Assembly: GCA_030704615.1 (NCBI GenBank)
Contig: CM060733.1
Coordinates: forward strand, 31,992,001-32,056,000
Source of the DNA: Takakia lepidozioides
Lineage: Eukaryota; Plantae; Bryophyta
Direction of reading: 5' to 3'
Length of the DNA stretch: 64,000 nt
In this document: positions 22,901 to 35,700 of the stretch, piece by piece
Position numbering within the stretch: the first letter of the stretch is position 1
Layout: each line of letters opens with the position of its first letter
The notes under the pieces: model-generated
Databases searched by the model: none
What the model saw: only the letters and a program-made list of their open reading frames with translations
Told to the model about the DNA's origin: nothing
Translations under genes and position numbers: made by a program

Positions 22901-25900
22901 ACGACAAACAATGTCTTATAACTACATTGTTCTGTCTATGTCTTTGTCTCAATAAACAGATGTCGAGAGGAAAGGGAGATTGTCAATGGCCGATGAGTGG
23001 GCTACGTGGAGACAATATCCATTTCCTGAAACATTGTTTGGGGTATTCTCATCGGAGAGCGACCTCTTCAGGACCATCAAGAACATAGTCCCTGCTTCAC
23101 CAACTTTCAAAATCTCAAGGCCGAGCCTAAAGCCCTGGTCCTGCTGGCGTCGAAGCAGATTGTGTGAAGGGCTTTCTAGACGAAATATGGAAAGCCCAAA
23201 CTAATTGTTTATACCACGGTACGACCCACTGATGCAGTGAGCCCCTCATAAAGGTAGTGTCTGTTACCTCTTATTCCACCCTTACTGGGCGTGGGGTCTA
23301 TGGCCACAAGGCTACGGCAAAGAACATCTCATGAGTACATTCTGTCCCTCTGTCTCTCTCTCTCATGTCTATCACAATGCTCCCAAGTACCTGATCCACA
23401 TGAATCTCCAAACTTAATAAGTTGTCGAAGATGTCAGAGAGGATATGGGAGGCAGCATCAAAGCCCGCAGAAGACGAATATGGGGTGGCATCCACGCCCT
23501 CCCACTTCTTGGGCCTGCCGCAAACCAAACATATTGTTCTGTTGGATGCTGCAACTTATATAACCAAAGTACAAAGAAACCCAGCACCCATGTGTTGTAT
23601 AACCCTACAATAGCAAGTGGTTCGATTACTACTCGTCGAATTTTGAATCCATAGTCTGGGAACCAACAAGAAGAGTGTTTCATTCCATTGTATTCCATTT
23701 CATTTCCTGGCTCTCCAATGACTATCAATGATTTTTTTGCAGTGAATTACCACAGAACGTCAACTAGTTAAGTCAAGTAATGTTATGAATTCAGTTGTAA
23801 ACAGATCACAGACTTGGGATTAGAACAGTCACACTAGAAATGTCAACAGTTCTTTGTCTCCCATGCCACAAACATACACAGTCATGGTTTGTTCGAGATC
23901 AAACCAAGCGAGCTTACCCTGTAGATTGCTTCAGTAGGTAAAATTCACTGTCAAAGCCAGCCCTCAGGACCTGTAGCAGACAGTTCTCCCATGTAAGCTA
24001 CTGAAGATAAATTCTAGCACAGATTTCCTTTGTTCAAGTGAAAGACCAGCTTTCTGTCACAGCCTATCTTTCAGCAATACCTAAGCGAGGAAGCCCTTTC
24101 CAAATTGAACCTTTGTATCCTAGAAAACCTGCCCAGGATGGCTGGCAGGAAGACCAAAATTAGCAGAGCCATTCCAAAATCATGTTTCCATTCAGATGCC
24201 AAGTGCTGATCCAGCTGCTGGGACTGAGGAAGAAACACAACCTTTTCTTAAGGACAATAAATGGGCTCTTCTGGGTTTAAACGTCACATCGTGACACAGA
24301 TTTCTCCTCACATCCTATCGAGTCACTGAAACCTCTGCAACATCAAAGATTCTCTCAAGCTGACAAGTTATAGAGAATGAAACCAGGTATAGAGTACAGC
24401 AAAGCAACACCCCACCAGACCAAATTCGTTCTCCAGAGTTTCACAAAGGCGACGGAGAGTACTCCGAGGACAATACTGCCATGGAACCCCAGGTCTCATA
24501 TGCATGTCCGCCAGCACTATCTCGTGCTCAGGCAACCTTCCACCACCCGCATAGTAAGTCCACAGGGTTCAGATGTGCTAACCAAGAAGAGACATCCAGG
24601 TTCAAGTACTAACGTACATTTGACTGACTCGCAACATAGATCGACTCAGAGAGGGCACGCAGCAGTGGATGCTAGTCCCGACCAGCTAGCCTTGCTGCAG
24701 GTAAGAAGAGGAAAGCATGGATTGCAAAATACAGCATTCATTTGATAACTACCTCGACATGGCTTTGCTCTTTGTTATGAGGTGGAGCACAGTGCGACTG
24801 ATCGTTTTTAAGACTGTTGAAAGCTTTTATGGTATATTCTAGGAAGTAAAGGTCGAGCAATAGATACTTACCAAGGCAGCCTGCTCTTTGTGCAGAGGTC
24901 AGGCATCAGGCATATCTCGCCAACAACTGAGAGTCCACTGTTCACTGCTGGGAAGTCTGAATGTGATGTCATGCCCATGCTGACTTCAGGTAGGCGCACC
25001 CCATTCTCAACCACAAGTTCTCCGAACCTCCCAACAGGAACCACCTGCTCAGTAAGGATCCAGTGACTCTTATTTCTATCTCTTAGGCTGCAAGTATTGC
25101 AGCTGTTCCGTGTATGTCCATAACGTATATATGGTGCTAAGCCTACAATGCAGATGCTTCAAATATACAGATGTAAGTTAATCACAGCTGTCTTCTGTAG
25201 TCTACTTTCAATTATCTGTGTAGGGATGCACCTCTTCCCTCTCAACCCACATTGTCTACAGGTGTGCATCATCACAGACTCAACAGCAAGAATGCCCCTC
25301 TAGCAGAAAATGCCGGGCCAATTCAATAATCTGCTTACCTTCACTGATCCAAATGAACCTACTACAGCCCTAACAGTCCTTCAAAATCATAAAGAACACG
25401 TACTCTGCACCGAAGTTGCCCAGACCCATCCCCCCACAGCAATCGCACATGCTTCACCTCCGTGCTCAAAGTGACCTTCCCCGCCTGCTCCTTACTGCCA
25501 GTTATGGCCATCTCTTCTTGTCCATTTCCATTTTCCAACGTGCCTTTTTCCTTTGGTGCCTCCTGACACTTGGGGTCCTTATCAATCCTCCCATTCCTTT
25601 CTTCTGGCTCCTGAACACATGCTGGCAATTCAGGTTGAGCTGTATGTGTGTTTTCCAAATCTGTTGAATTTGGGTTAAGACCCTTGAAACCCCCTTGAAA
25701 TTTAGTGAAGCTCTCTGTTGAAGGTGACGGGGAAGCTGAAAAGTTGGAGATTCCCTCAAGTTTGTAGAAAGCCATGGCATTCTTTCGAAGAATACCATCT
25801 GCAGCATCAAGAGCCTCATCAAGCAGCAGGTCTCCATTATCATATGCCTCACATAACACACGGGCCAGCATGTCCCGAGACCATTTTGCGCCTGCAAGTT

Positions 25901-28900
25901 AACCATCAAAGTGGGGACATTAGAAATGACTATATTTCTGTTCAGAATTCAGCATTCTGGGTTTGGCAGACTTTAATTCTTCACGATGAAATGAATTGGA
26001 CTCAAAACCTGTTGCATTCGGTGGGACACTTCTGTCTATGTTACTTCTTTGCACACCCGTTTGATCTACCACCTGCAACAGCACTCATGCCCAGAAAAAA
26101 CAAAGGGATGGCTTAATGGAAGCCCCCACAAGTGGGGCTACATTTTTTGACCTGCGAAGCCCCTGGGATGTGCATTTTTAGTAGGGACATGCACCATTCT
26201 TGTGTGATCTGGGATTGGGGTTTCAGCTGCACAAGTACTTGCTGAGGAAAGACTTCCACAATCTCTTCTTCATTGAAGGAAGGATTCGCTATAGAAGTGG
26301 ATAATAAGATGGGCAGATAAGTTACAATTAGTGCTGCAAGAAACAGCTTACCTAAATAAAATGTCTCTGGAAAAGCAAATCCATCAGTGCTGAACATAAT
26401 CTGTAGCACAGACCAACCCAAATGCCACATAAGAACATAACTGCAAGATAGGATGACCAATTATGACTTTATCTAACCTTGCAGACTCTGGACAAAGCAG
26501 TGCACTGTCACCCAAACCGGTGTGTACACTTGAACTACCATTACTTTGGTTACTGTTCAAGATACAATGTCCATCTTGACATGCTAGACACTGCTGTTGC
26601 AATAAGTGAAACATTGACCTAGCATGCCTTGAGTTGCAGTTCACAACTGGGGAATATTTGTTGCTGAATGAACAGGTCACAACAGGTACAGCTTTACTAT
26701 TGAATTCTGCTCAAAGAATGAAATAGTACCTTGTTCACAGGCGCCAGGTCTAGAAGGTCGCTGATTGCACAGCGCATACCCCGCACACTCAGCTTGGGCA
26801 CTACTAGCCCAAAGTCCAAATGAACCTGCCCTCCCCAGAGATTTGTAGATCACAAGATGTCTATAAATCATCGGTAGTATCGTCTCCGATGCAGTACATA
26901 CAATTCAAAGCTGTTTCCAGCTGACAAATTTTGCCTACATGTGTACAAGTCTCACAACTGGAATGACTCAAGCCTGAAATACAGAAGCTACCTGAGGATA
27001 AACACTGGCAAGATACGAAGCTTCCCGCATGAAGGGGTAAGAGCCATGTAGTAACACCACACGGCATCGAGTGAAGGTAGGGTGTTCCAACACAGCTCGA
27101 AGATGAAGAGGATTAGCCAGCTCCAGCTGCAGGTCCTTGTCGCCAAAGCTAGAAAACAAATTGCCAAAATACTACAGGTTGGTAAGCAAATGACTGCAGG
27201 TTGTGTGAGACCAGAGCTTGAGATGTGGACAAATATAAAGTTTCTTGACAAGTATGAACATTGATGCAAGTTGCACGATTGGACTACATCAATGTGCACT
27301 TTTGAAGATAGCAAGCTCCCATGTGTGTGAAAGTTTATGTCTGTGTATGTGCTATACATATCAATGGGTGCTGTCCAGTGAAAGATAAGAGGCTTCTTTT
27401 GATTGAAATGCTAAAGATCCAAGTTTTGGCAGCCAAATCATCTAGCACTAGAGCAGGGCTCAGCAACACAAGCAGGGGTGGATGCATGTGGTTGATCTTC
27501 AGCAATTGTTCGAAAATGCAACACAGTATCACTCCACTGTCAATCACCAGTTTCCAAACAGTATGCAGCTCACCTTGCCTTACCCAGGTCAGGAACAGTA
27601 GCTACATACCCCGTATGAATCTGCATGGGAAGATCCTGCTCTGTGGCTACCTCCAAAGCTCTCACAAAGATGAAGTCAATGAGGGCCTTGTTTGAGAGGC
27701 GCACTGGGATGCCTGATTCTGTCACCAGCATAAACCCGCATGAGTGATCTCTTGAACTGACACAGACTTCCTGGGGTTAGATGGTAATTTATGCTCAACT
27801 TTCATGGGGAAACTCACAAACAAATTGATACATGTCTCATCTTTTGACCTCTTTACAAAATATAACATCATGATAGTAGACACAATGGTAAGAGAGTTTT
27901 GAATAGTGCTCACGTATGTTTTCATGGAGACCATCCTCAGCCTTTTGTTTAGAAACTGAGGGATTAATACACAGTCCACTGCGATAAGCCGCAATGCTCT
28001 TGAACGCCACTACTTTTTGAGACAGTGTGAAGATGTTCCTTAAGGTAAACTCGGCATACATTGATAGCCAACAGTGTTGAAAGGACTTTGAAACCAACTA
28101 ACCAAGCAGTAACCTTTGCAGGTATTCATACGTCCATTTTAGATTCTGTCAACAAATGAAATGAAATGAAATGGTACTTTATAATTCATGTCCATGTAGG
28201 GACTCTCAACACAGCAAAGAAAACACGCAGAGAGACAGAATGCACTGTGCTATTATAAATATGCTAAAATCAGAGTGAAAAAGGACTGTACAGCTTAGTG
28301 ATGCACTAGTGAAAAAGCCCACTTTCATGATAAACATCACAACTGCTCGAATACTATAAGTTGTGCATAAGGATATGATTCCAAGATTGACACGAAGCTG
28401 TGGTCAAAACTCTCCAGCGTCCAGGTTGGGCCATGTACCCTCTTCTGCAAAAGAAACCAAATTGCAAACAACTTCAAGTGTTTAGAGCACTAGACTGACA
28501 ATCAACCACTTCAACCTCATTGACATATGCTGGCATTATGTATGTCATGAATAAACCTCGTTCATCAATGACTTGGTAAGCCATTACAGGAACCTCACAT
28601 ACCTTTACTGATGTCATGTTCAATGTCTAATCATCTTCTTTCATGTCAAGAGAGCACATTTGAGCAAACATCATCATTGTCTTCTCCTCAGATGATGACC
28701 TGAGCTATCATTTTCTATGTGCTTGCTGACAGGAAGGGGCCTTTACAGATCCAAGTGCGTTAAAAGACAGCCGACCTGATTGAGAACAGCCTCTGCCACA
28801 CTCTCGATGCGCACCACTCTGTGGACACCTGGAATGTACTTGCGATGCCACCCCAATCCCATCGTATTATCCATATTCAACCCATCATCCAACAGAACAG

Positions 28901-29763
28901 TGCTGATGTTTGCCGCCTCAAAACATTTTGCACTAAAAGAATCCAGGCCAACTGAATTTCGATAAGCCTCAATGCTGGCCAAAGAAGGCTCTGTGCCGTA
29001 AAAGGAAGACAGTTCTTGCAAGCCTCTCTGCAGATTAAATCCCCCGCACCCACACAAAGCAACATAGCTCAAAAATAATAGGAGAAAACTTGGGAGGACG
29101 GACATGCCTGAATGATTCCAGCTACATTATGGGTGAATGACACCTTATGCTGGCATATAATCTATTATATCTTCCACAAGTAACCAGTCATATTGCATCG
29201 CTGACTTCAGAGGTGATACCAAGAACTTCCAACCATGAATTTCAATTGGTTGGCAATCAAATGCTCAAAGATCTACAGAATTATGAATGTGTCACTGTTG
29301 AGATGGTGCTTTGGAGGAGGGTGACACCTGTGCAGCTAAGGAGGCCAGAGATGAAATGCTACCCCTGGTCAATGAGAAGAGGAGCTCAAAAACCACCAGC
29401 TGATCCATTGATGATCATCTGAAAGACTGGTCTGCTTCTGTGAAATTTGAAGTGTCAGACCAGTCTCATCGACCACAATGTGGCGGTGCAATCCGACCTG
29501 ATTTATGAGTTTTCAAAGAACCTCGTCATCCTCTTATTGATAACATAACGGACAATGGGCGCAGAAATGGTGACTTATCAACCAACCTGGTAAGATAGAT
29601 TGTGAGGCACACCAGCCAGAGCTTCCCCACGAGATTCAGAAAAGCACTGAATGAAGGGAATGTTGGAATCCAGAGCCACAACGTTGTGGGCATGCGCATC
29701 TACTAGTGGCGCCTGCCTGCATAGTGTCCTTATTCGCTGATGGCCCTGCTCCCGCACCGCCAT
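19944..29763 (-). CDS. NodGS: Nodulin/glutamine synthetase-like protein (amidohydrolase + GSI-like fusion, FluG family), 18 exons
   Basis: Exons: 29763-29587, 29027-28776, 28444-28377, 28026-27914, 27718-27610, 27148-26992, 26825-26730, 26400-26352, 25891-25404, 25044-24872, 24536-24416, 23970-23918, 23514-23391, 22139-21994, 21782-21591, 21302-21145, 20434-20301, 20006-19944. Intron phases are compatible. Motifs DAHAH, FKSIAAYRSGL, QIHTGFGD, FSTDG, GSGSHIHLSL, FDGCANP. Confidence 0.92.
22810..23345 (+). mobile_element. Two 3'-end fragments of one LINE family in NodGS intron 13
   Basis: Share GCCCCT...GGGGT...CCACARGGCTAC...RTCTYATRA tail with 39300-39430 and homology to 58630-59070; followed by TC/TGTC tracts. 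Confidence 0.7.
28027..28376 (-). other. U12-type AT-AC intron (NodGS intron 3)
   Basis: Donor ATATCCTT, branch-like TACCTTAAG about 12 nt from acceptor CAC; splicing restores ILES-LSQKVVAFKS. Confidence 0.9.
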
Positions 29764-31182
29764 TCAGACAGCAAGAGAGACAGAGGCAGGTAGAGAGAGG
29801 ATGTTGAGCTGATGAAGACAGAGATGAGAAGTTAAGCTGTTTTTATGTCTGTGCGTACAGATGCTTGGAGAGAGGAAGAAGAGTAAAGGAAGTATACCGT
29901 CAACAGGAACCCAGAGAAATGAAATGAAACGAAATGCTGCTTTGTATCGAGAGAGAGAGGGAGAGAGAGAGAGAGTTTAGTGCTGTGAGGATGGTAAGTA
30001 GTACTCAAAACAGCTGTAGACTTAGGCGGAAAACCATTGACTTGCAGATTTTTATGAGAGCGAGACGAGAAACAGAAGCCGAGATCAGAAGTTTGTAATA
30101 CGAAAACAAAAAAAAGAGTTGAGCTGAGTGGGCGAGCTTGCACTTTTCGCTGCAACAGCTCTCGAGATTCACATTCGATCAGAAAATCGCTGTTGACCAA
30201 ATCCTTAAAGACAGCTTCATGTACCCAATCAGAAGCGATCAATTCGTACCCAGCACTTGTACACACGGTCCCATGTAAATCTAACGCCCAATTCGGAGAG
30301 ATCACGACTTGGGTCCGGTCTGAGAGAGAGCTCCGCAGGATCGTTGCTTCATAATGGCAGCAGAATGTAAGGGACTTGTTCCTGGGACGGCAATAGGACA
30401 GCGCCACGACAAACGCACAGCCAGCGTGACGGACCCCCTTTCGCGCCTCGCGCCAAGTGTCCGTCTGTCGTTAGCGCGCCACCTGACGGATTTCCTTAAG
30501 CTACCCAACTTCCGTCGCCACCCTTGTCCTTCACAATCTTCGTCCTTTTCGCGCCATACTGCGTTGGACGGCACCCTTCGTCCGTCCAGCCGGATCATAC
30601 CGTCCCGGGCTCGGATCCTCAAAGTGGAAGCAAGAAATACTTTGTTTTCAACGTTGACAATGAAAGGCACCGCCAGTCAAAAGTCTTCTCAATTTCCTCG
30701 ACGCTCCAGCCTCCAACTCTGTAGCCATCTGCGTTCTGGTGACTTGGAGGATTTGGTGAAGATGATGACGATGATGAATACCTGCTAGTTAGTGATTGTC
30801 GTCCTGGGACGACTTTTAGAATGGGACAAGATGAGCACCTGGATCCAGTTCTCGAGCATGGAAGGCGTGACCTCGTCCACTTGAGGTAGGTAGATGGAGA
30901 CGGTGCTTTATTACCAAGCTGCTTGGTTTCCCTGCGAATACCTTCCAAGAAAGGCTCAATGCAACGTCCCACAGTTTTAAATTCCCCTACCACTGCAACA
31001 GGGGACAGAGATCTAGAGGGAGAATCGGTGATGATGAGAAGAAAGCGTCTGCCCCTTGGAGTAGGTGGAACAACAATCTGGAAGTTGTTCCCAGAATCTG
31101 TGTCTATTCTTGAGGTAGAAGCGATGGAATTGAAGCAAAGTTGGCCTTTCACCTACAACTAGGTTGAAGAGCAAGCAGATTT

Positions 31183-32049
31183 GACTACAGTAGGTTCATA
31201 GCAGATTAGGCACAAATTAAATTTTAAAAAAAAGTGCCTCAGCAAATCTATTATTTTTCAAAGATTTATGCCTAAAAAGTTGGAAAAATAATGTGAAAGT
31301 GCCTAATTCAGTAAAATTGTCTAGAAAAATCCTACTCTATATAATTTCTATTAAAAAAAACAAATGCCTCCATAAATGCTCAAAAAGTATAGGCCAACTC
31401 CCTAGGTCCATACAACCTCTAAAGGACCTTACAATGATAAGTACTAAGTACATAATCAAGCATTACATAAGAGAATTTCCAAGTTAGCAAGATAAGTACT
31501 AAGGTACGCAATTATTAGATTAAGGTGTGGGTATCATGTTGTCACTGCCTTTTGTAGTTGGATTTCTCTCACTCTCAAATGTCACTGCTTAATTCCATCT
31601 CCTAGGCCAACCACTTGTCCGGGTCGTTCCAACGAGAGAGCAAAAAATTGAAGCACAATTTGAGCCCATTACCTTGTGATCTCGTGGTGAGTGTGTTTGG
31701 CCCGGGATTTAGCCTGCGGGCTAAAAGTTGCGCCTGACCCTAGGCTGGGTTCCTCCATTGTTAGCCATCTCCACATTTGCGCCCACATCGTGTAGTGGGC
31801 TCTTGGACGCCATCTCCATTAGAAAAGAATTTTTTGAAGGTTTGTCTTGGGGAAGAAGGGAGGGGTATGTGAGACCTTTGGGGATGGAAGGAGAAGTTCC
31901 AAGTGATGAAAGGTGCCTAACACCAAATATTATGGATGAAAAGTGTCTAATTTCCATAAATATTTTTTTAAACTGCCTAAAAAGAATATTTCAAATTTAA
32001 TAATTATTAGGCATTGGGGTGCCTAATCTGCTATGAACCTAGGGTAGTG
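31183..32049. mobile_element. Non-autonomous TIR element (CACTA-like MITE)
   Basis: Perfect 23-bp inverted repeat TAGGTTCATAGCAGATTAGGCAC (31191-31213 / 32019-32041); right end GTAGTG, left end GACTAC; AT-rich interior. Confidence 0.75.
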
Positions 32050-35000
32050 GACAAAAATGCCAGGCACATTTCCCATGATGTACGGTTTCATCGTAGGCAG
32101 TGGGGAACCGGCCCGGATTACCTGGGGAGTCTGAGAGAGAGAGATAGAGAGGTCTATTACGCGGGAGGCCGAAAAGGATGAACCTGAACCGTAGAGAGAG
32201 ATGCCAGATACTGCATAGTGAAAGATGAGATTACTCCCGCGTGCGATCAAACATGATTGATGAGTGGGAAGCGGGACCTGGAAGTGAGTGGAAGTGACCA
32301 GCAAATCAAAAGCCTTCATCGACATAATAAATTGAGGATCTTAGGATCTGAAATTCATAAGTAACACACGGCTGAGCGAGAGGATCCCTGGCATAAGGTA
32401 CTTCCATCCAGACAGCAGACTTTCCGGAGAACAGAAACTGTAATAGGTCGTACCCAGTGTAGAAGGACCGATCGTGGTGCCAGAGTCACTGGTGGGGTCG
32501 TGTGGTCGCATAACTAAGTCACTTCGGCTATTAGGTAATCGTACACTTCCCAACTGGCAAACACCGATCATGGTGCAAGATAGTTTATATTTATTATGTG
32601 AGCATTCGGCTGCTAGCAAGAAGCGCCATGACCAAAACTTACCAATCAATGCACCATAATAGCCTAGATGCAGCACAGCTCCGCTAGTACGACGCTAGCT
32701 CCTGCCTCCAACGCAAGGATCTGACATCCACCAGCGATGTTCCAGATTTTTGGGCCAGTTACGTACCTACACTCTCTTTCTCCGTTCATATCCGACCACT
32801 GCTTAGGAGCTGTGAACATCTGTGGGCCAGAGTGGATAGAATACTGGATAGCGTGGTCTGATGATGGAGATTTGTTCGGTACCTGATCTGTGGTGTCCTT
32901 AACTCCCTTAAAATGGATCTACGTACAGTACTCTCTGTTCTATCCGTTCCCATCTTTGGACTCGGAGTCCTGTGGCAACTGTACATAACTAGCTCACTTC
33001 GTGGCCCTCACCCTTCGTCAAGCCAGTGACGGTGGCGCCAACTTAATGGCTGCTCCATGGTTGTCTCCGCTTGGCCGGATCCGCCCGATCTGTTCCTTCG
33101 AGTACCTCCGAGTAGAACGGATGGAAGGCAGTGTGCCAGCCAGAGTCTCGCTTTTTACCGTTGGTTCCCGATGCTTTTGAGGCTTTGCAAACAAAATGGG
33201 GTAGGCCAACCACGATCCAGAAAGGTAGGGGCAGCTATGAGCGAGTCACAGTTCCCCACGTGTGTGAGGACCGTTACTTGTAATTGAGCCTTACCAATAC
33301 GAAGACGATTCTAGATCCCGTGTGGTTTCCAGGAAGGTGTCGCGAGAGACACGATGAAAGTGCATAGACGATACAAACGGGAAAAATGAACGCAGGAGAC
33401 CGAGGTCAAAGAACTTGCATCCCACTCCAGCTCCAGGCTACATACCAAGATTTTCTGACGAAAGCACTTTTGATGAATTTGTAATCAGATTTGCCTGTCT
33501 GAAGTGTCTGAAGGTTTAGAAGGTCGTGTCTTGATTGTTCCAGCAGCTCTCGAAGTTGTCTATATGTTTCACCAAAATTTCTGACAATGGTATCTCTGGT
33601 GAAATGATAACAGATCTGTCTGAGCACAGCACATATATTCAGCTCTAAGATTGACTCAGCGTCGGATAGATTGCGCCTAACGCTCGAGCTACAAATTGTG
33701 TTGCAGTTTATCAACAAAGATGTTGTCTCTGTTGACTCAATCGATAACCAGACTCCTCTGAAGACAGCATGTTGACTCAGCCTGCGCACAAGTGTCTGTA
33801 GAGCTCCCACAAAATCTCTGACACAATTGTTTCTGTTGTAACCGGACGTTTGATAGTGCATTGAGCTTCGAAAGTTTGGTATATGGATTCTGTGTCTACC
33901 TGAAGCGCAAGCTGGTGTATTAAGACCGCACATTTTCACCTCGTCAGGATTTCTGGGAAAAACATCCCTGTTGATTCCAAATTTGCCTGAAGACAACACA
34001 TGGAGCTGTTGTGCCTAATAGTGTCTGTGTGAAGGGCCAAGTTTGTGCAAAACGGGCAGCACTATATGCTTACCACCGTGTGTGCAAATTTTTGAGAAGC
34101 GAAAATAGGACGATACTTTGGTGGCTCTGGAAGGAACGGTAAAAGGGAGCAATGATGCTTCAGCAGGTGTCCCGGGAGCATGGTCAATTCGGTGCAAGGT
34201 CTTTCACCTTTAGATCGTGACCACTGAGAGAAGTTATATGTGCCTACTTCCAGATTGAACCGGTGTCTTGAAGGCAGCTCGGTTGCATCTTTAATCTGGT
34301 TGTATTCATAACGATTGCCTGGCTCTGAACTCAACACTCGCTCAATCCATCTTCTGATAGCAGTGCATATCGATATCCTCGATATCAATTCCTCAGGTGT
34401 GCTCTTACGCCATGGTGGCAAATGTGTGGGACGTACAAAGTTGTTCGAGTTGCTGCAATTGCGCTATAGTGCCATCATCCGGTTGTGGGCATGCCGACAT
34501 CCTGGTGACCTCAGGACTCCTTTACAATGTTAGCTCTTCATCCGTGGCTGGAGATATACAAGGGCTTGGAAAACTCAAAGTGAAACATCGAACGCAGTAC
34601 AAAGATAGTAGAAACACCCAAATAAGGTATGCCATTTCTTCAAAACTCTCATCGCTTGATAGAACGAGAGGCGAAACGCTGAAAGCAAGGAGATAGAGCA
34701 GCACTCGAAGAAGTTCAGGTTCTCTGAAATGTAAGTTACAAAAGATGGCCAGTTTGCTGGTGTAGAGGAGAAGAGGGGAATACAGTAACAAATTACTCGG
34801 AGATATCTCTTTGGCTGGAACACGATTCTTTCAGCGGAGATTTTAAGAACACGTGCTGGTTGTTAGGCGAGATTGTCGATATCCATCTTTTGGCCGGCGA
34901 TATAGTAAAATCTTGGAGAGAGAGCCATGTTTTGGGGAGGCGACTCAGTTTTCTTGACATGCTCTTGATTTATCGGGTGGACGCCATGAACGGTTGCAGG

Positions 35001-35249
35001 TCACTATATTCAACACTCGTTGAAAGCTTTGAGACTGTGCGCAGTAAACCTACCATTGTGTTGCAGAGTGCAAAGGATCTAAACATTTCTGGGCTGACCA
35101 ACTCCTTGACACCCCCAGCAGATGTTTTACTGAGGGAGCCAACTGCTGTATCCTCTTCCAGCAGTGGAGATGCCAGTAACAAGCAACAGCAGTTGAACTG
35201 TAACGAAAAGCAAGAGGGGAATGACGATGATTGGCCTGCACCACAGGAT

Positions 35250-35700
35250 CCAGTTGCAGCAGCTCATGGGGATTACTCGTATTTTGCACAGTTTACAGGC
35301 AGGTTGCACTAGACTCGCAATTTCACGATGTGAGGCTTCTGTATGAACACTACCACAAGGAAATGGGTTTGTGGAGGTCTTAATCAACTCTCTTGGGAGG
35401 CTCTGAATCATAGAAAAATTGATTGCTTGCACAGAAGCTGTTGGAGTGGATGCAAACAGGAAGGTTTGGGCCTTCCATGCCAAGCTTCCATTTTCTGGGA
35501 GGCAGTAGAGCATGTAAAGGAGCCTTGAGGAACTAGTCAGTTATGATTGGGTGAAATCAACATCATGAACATAGATGATACGTCTGGTACTAACGCTCTG
35601 TTCTCTCTATGCAGATGTTGGACATGACTTGGATGCAAAGAGAAGTGCGAGAGCAAGGTCTCCATCCATGTCATTGTCTCAAGGTTTCTCGTCAGTTGGA
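35250..35700 (+). pseudogene. Possible highly degenerate PPR-like coding relic
   Basis: Broken fragments such as AQKLLEWMQ.G..P and LCSLYADVG..DA; weak. Confidence 0.25.

Noticed and set aside
29832-31162. Overlapping 120-190 aa ORFs upstream of NodGS
   Set aside because: Overlap 5' UTR/promoter-like and low-complexity sequence, with no recognisable domain.
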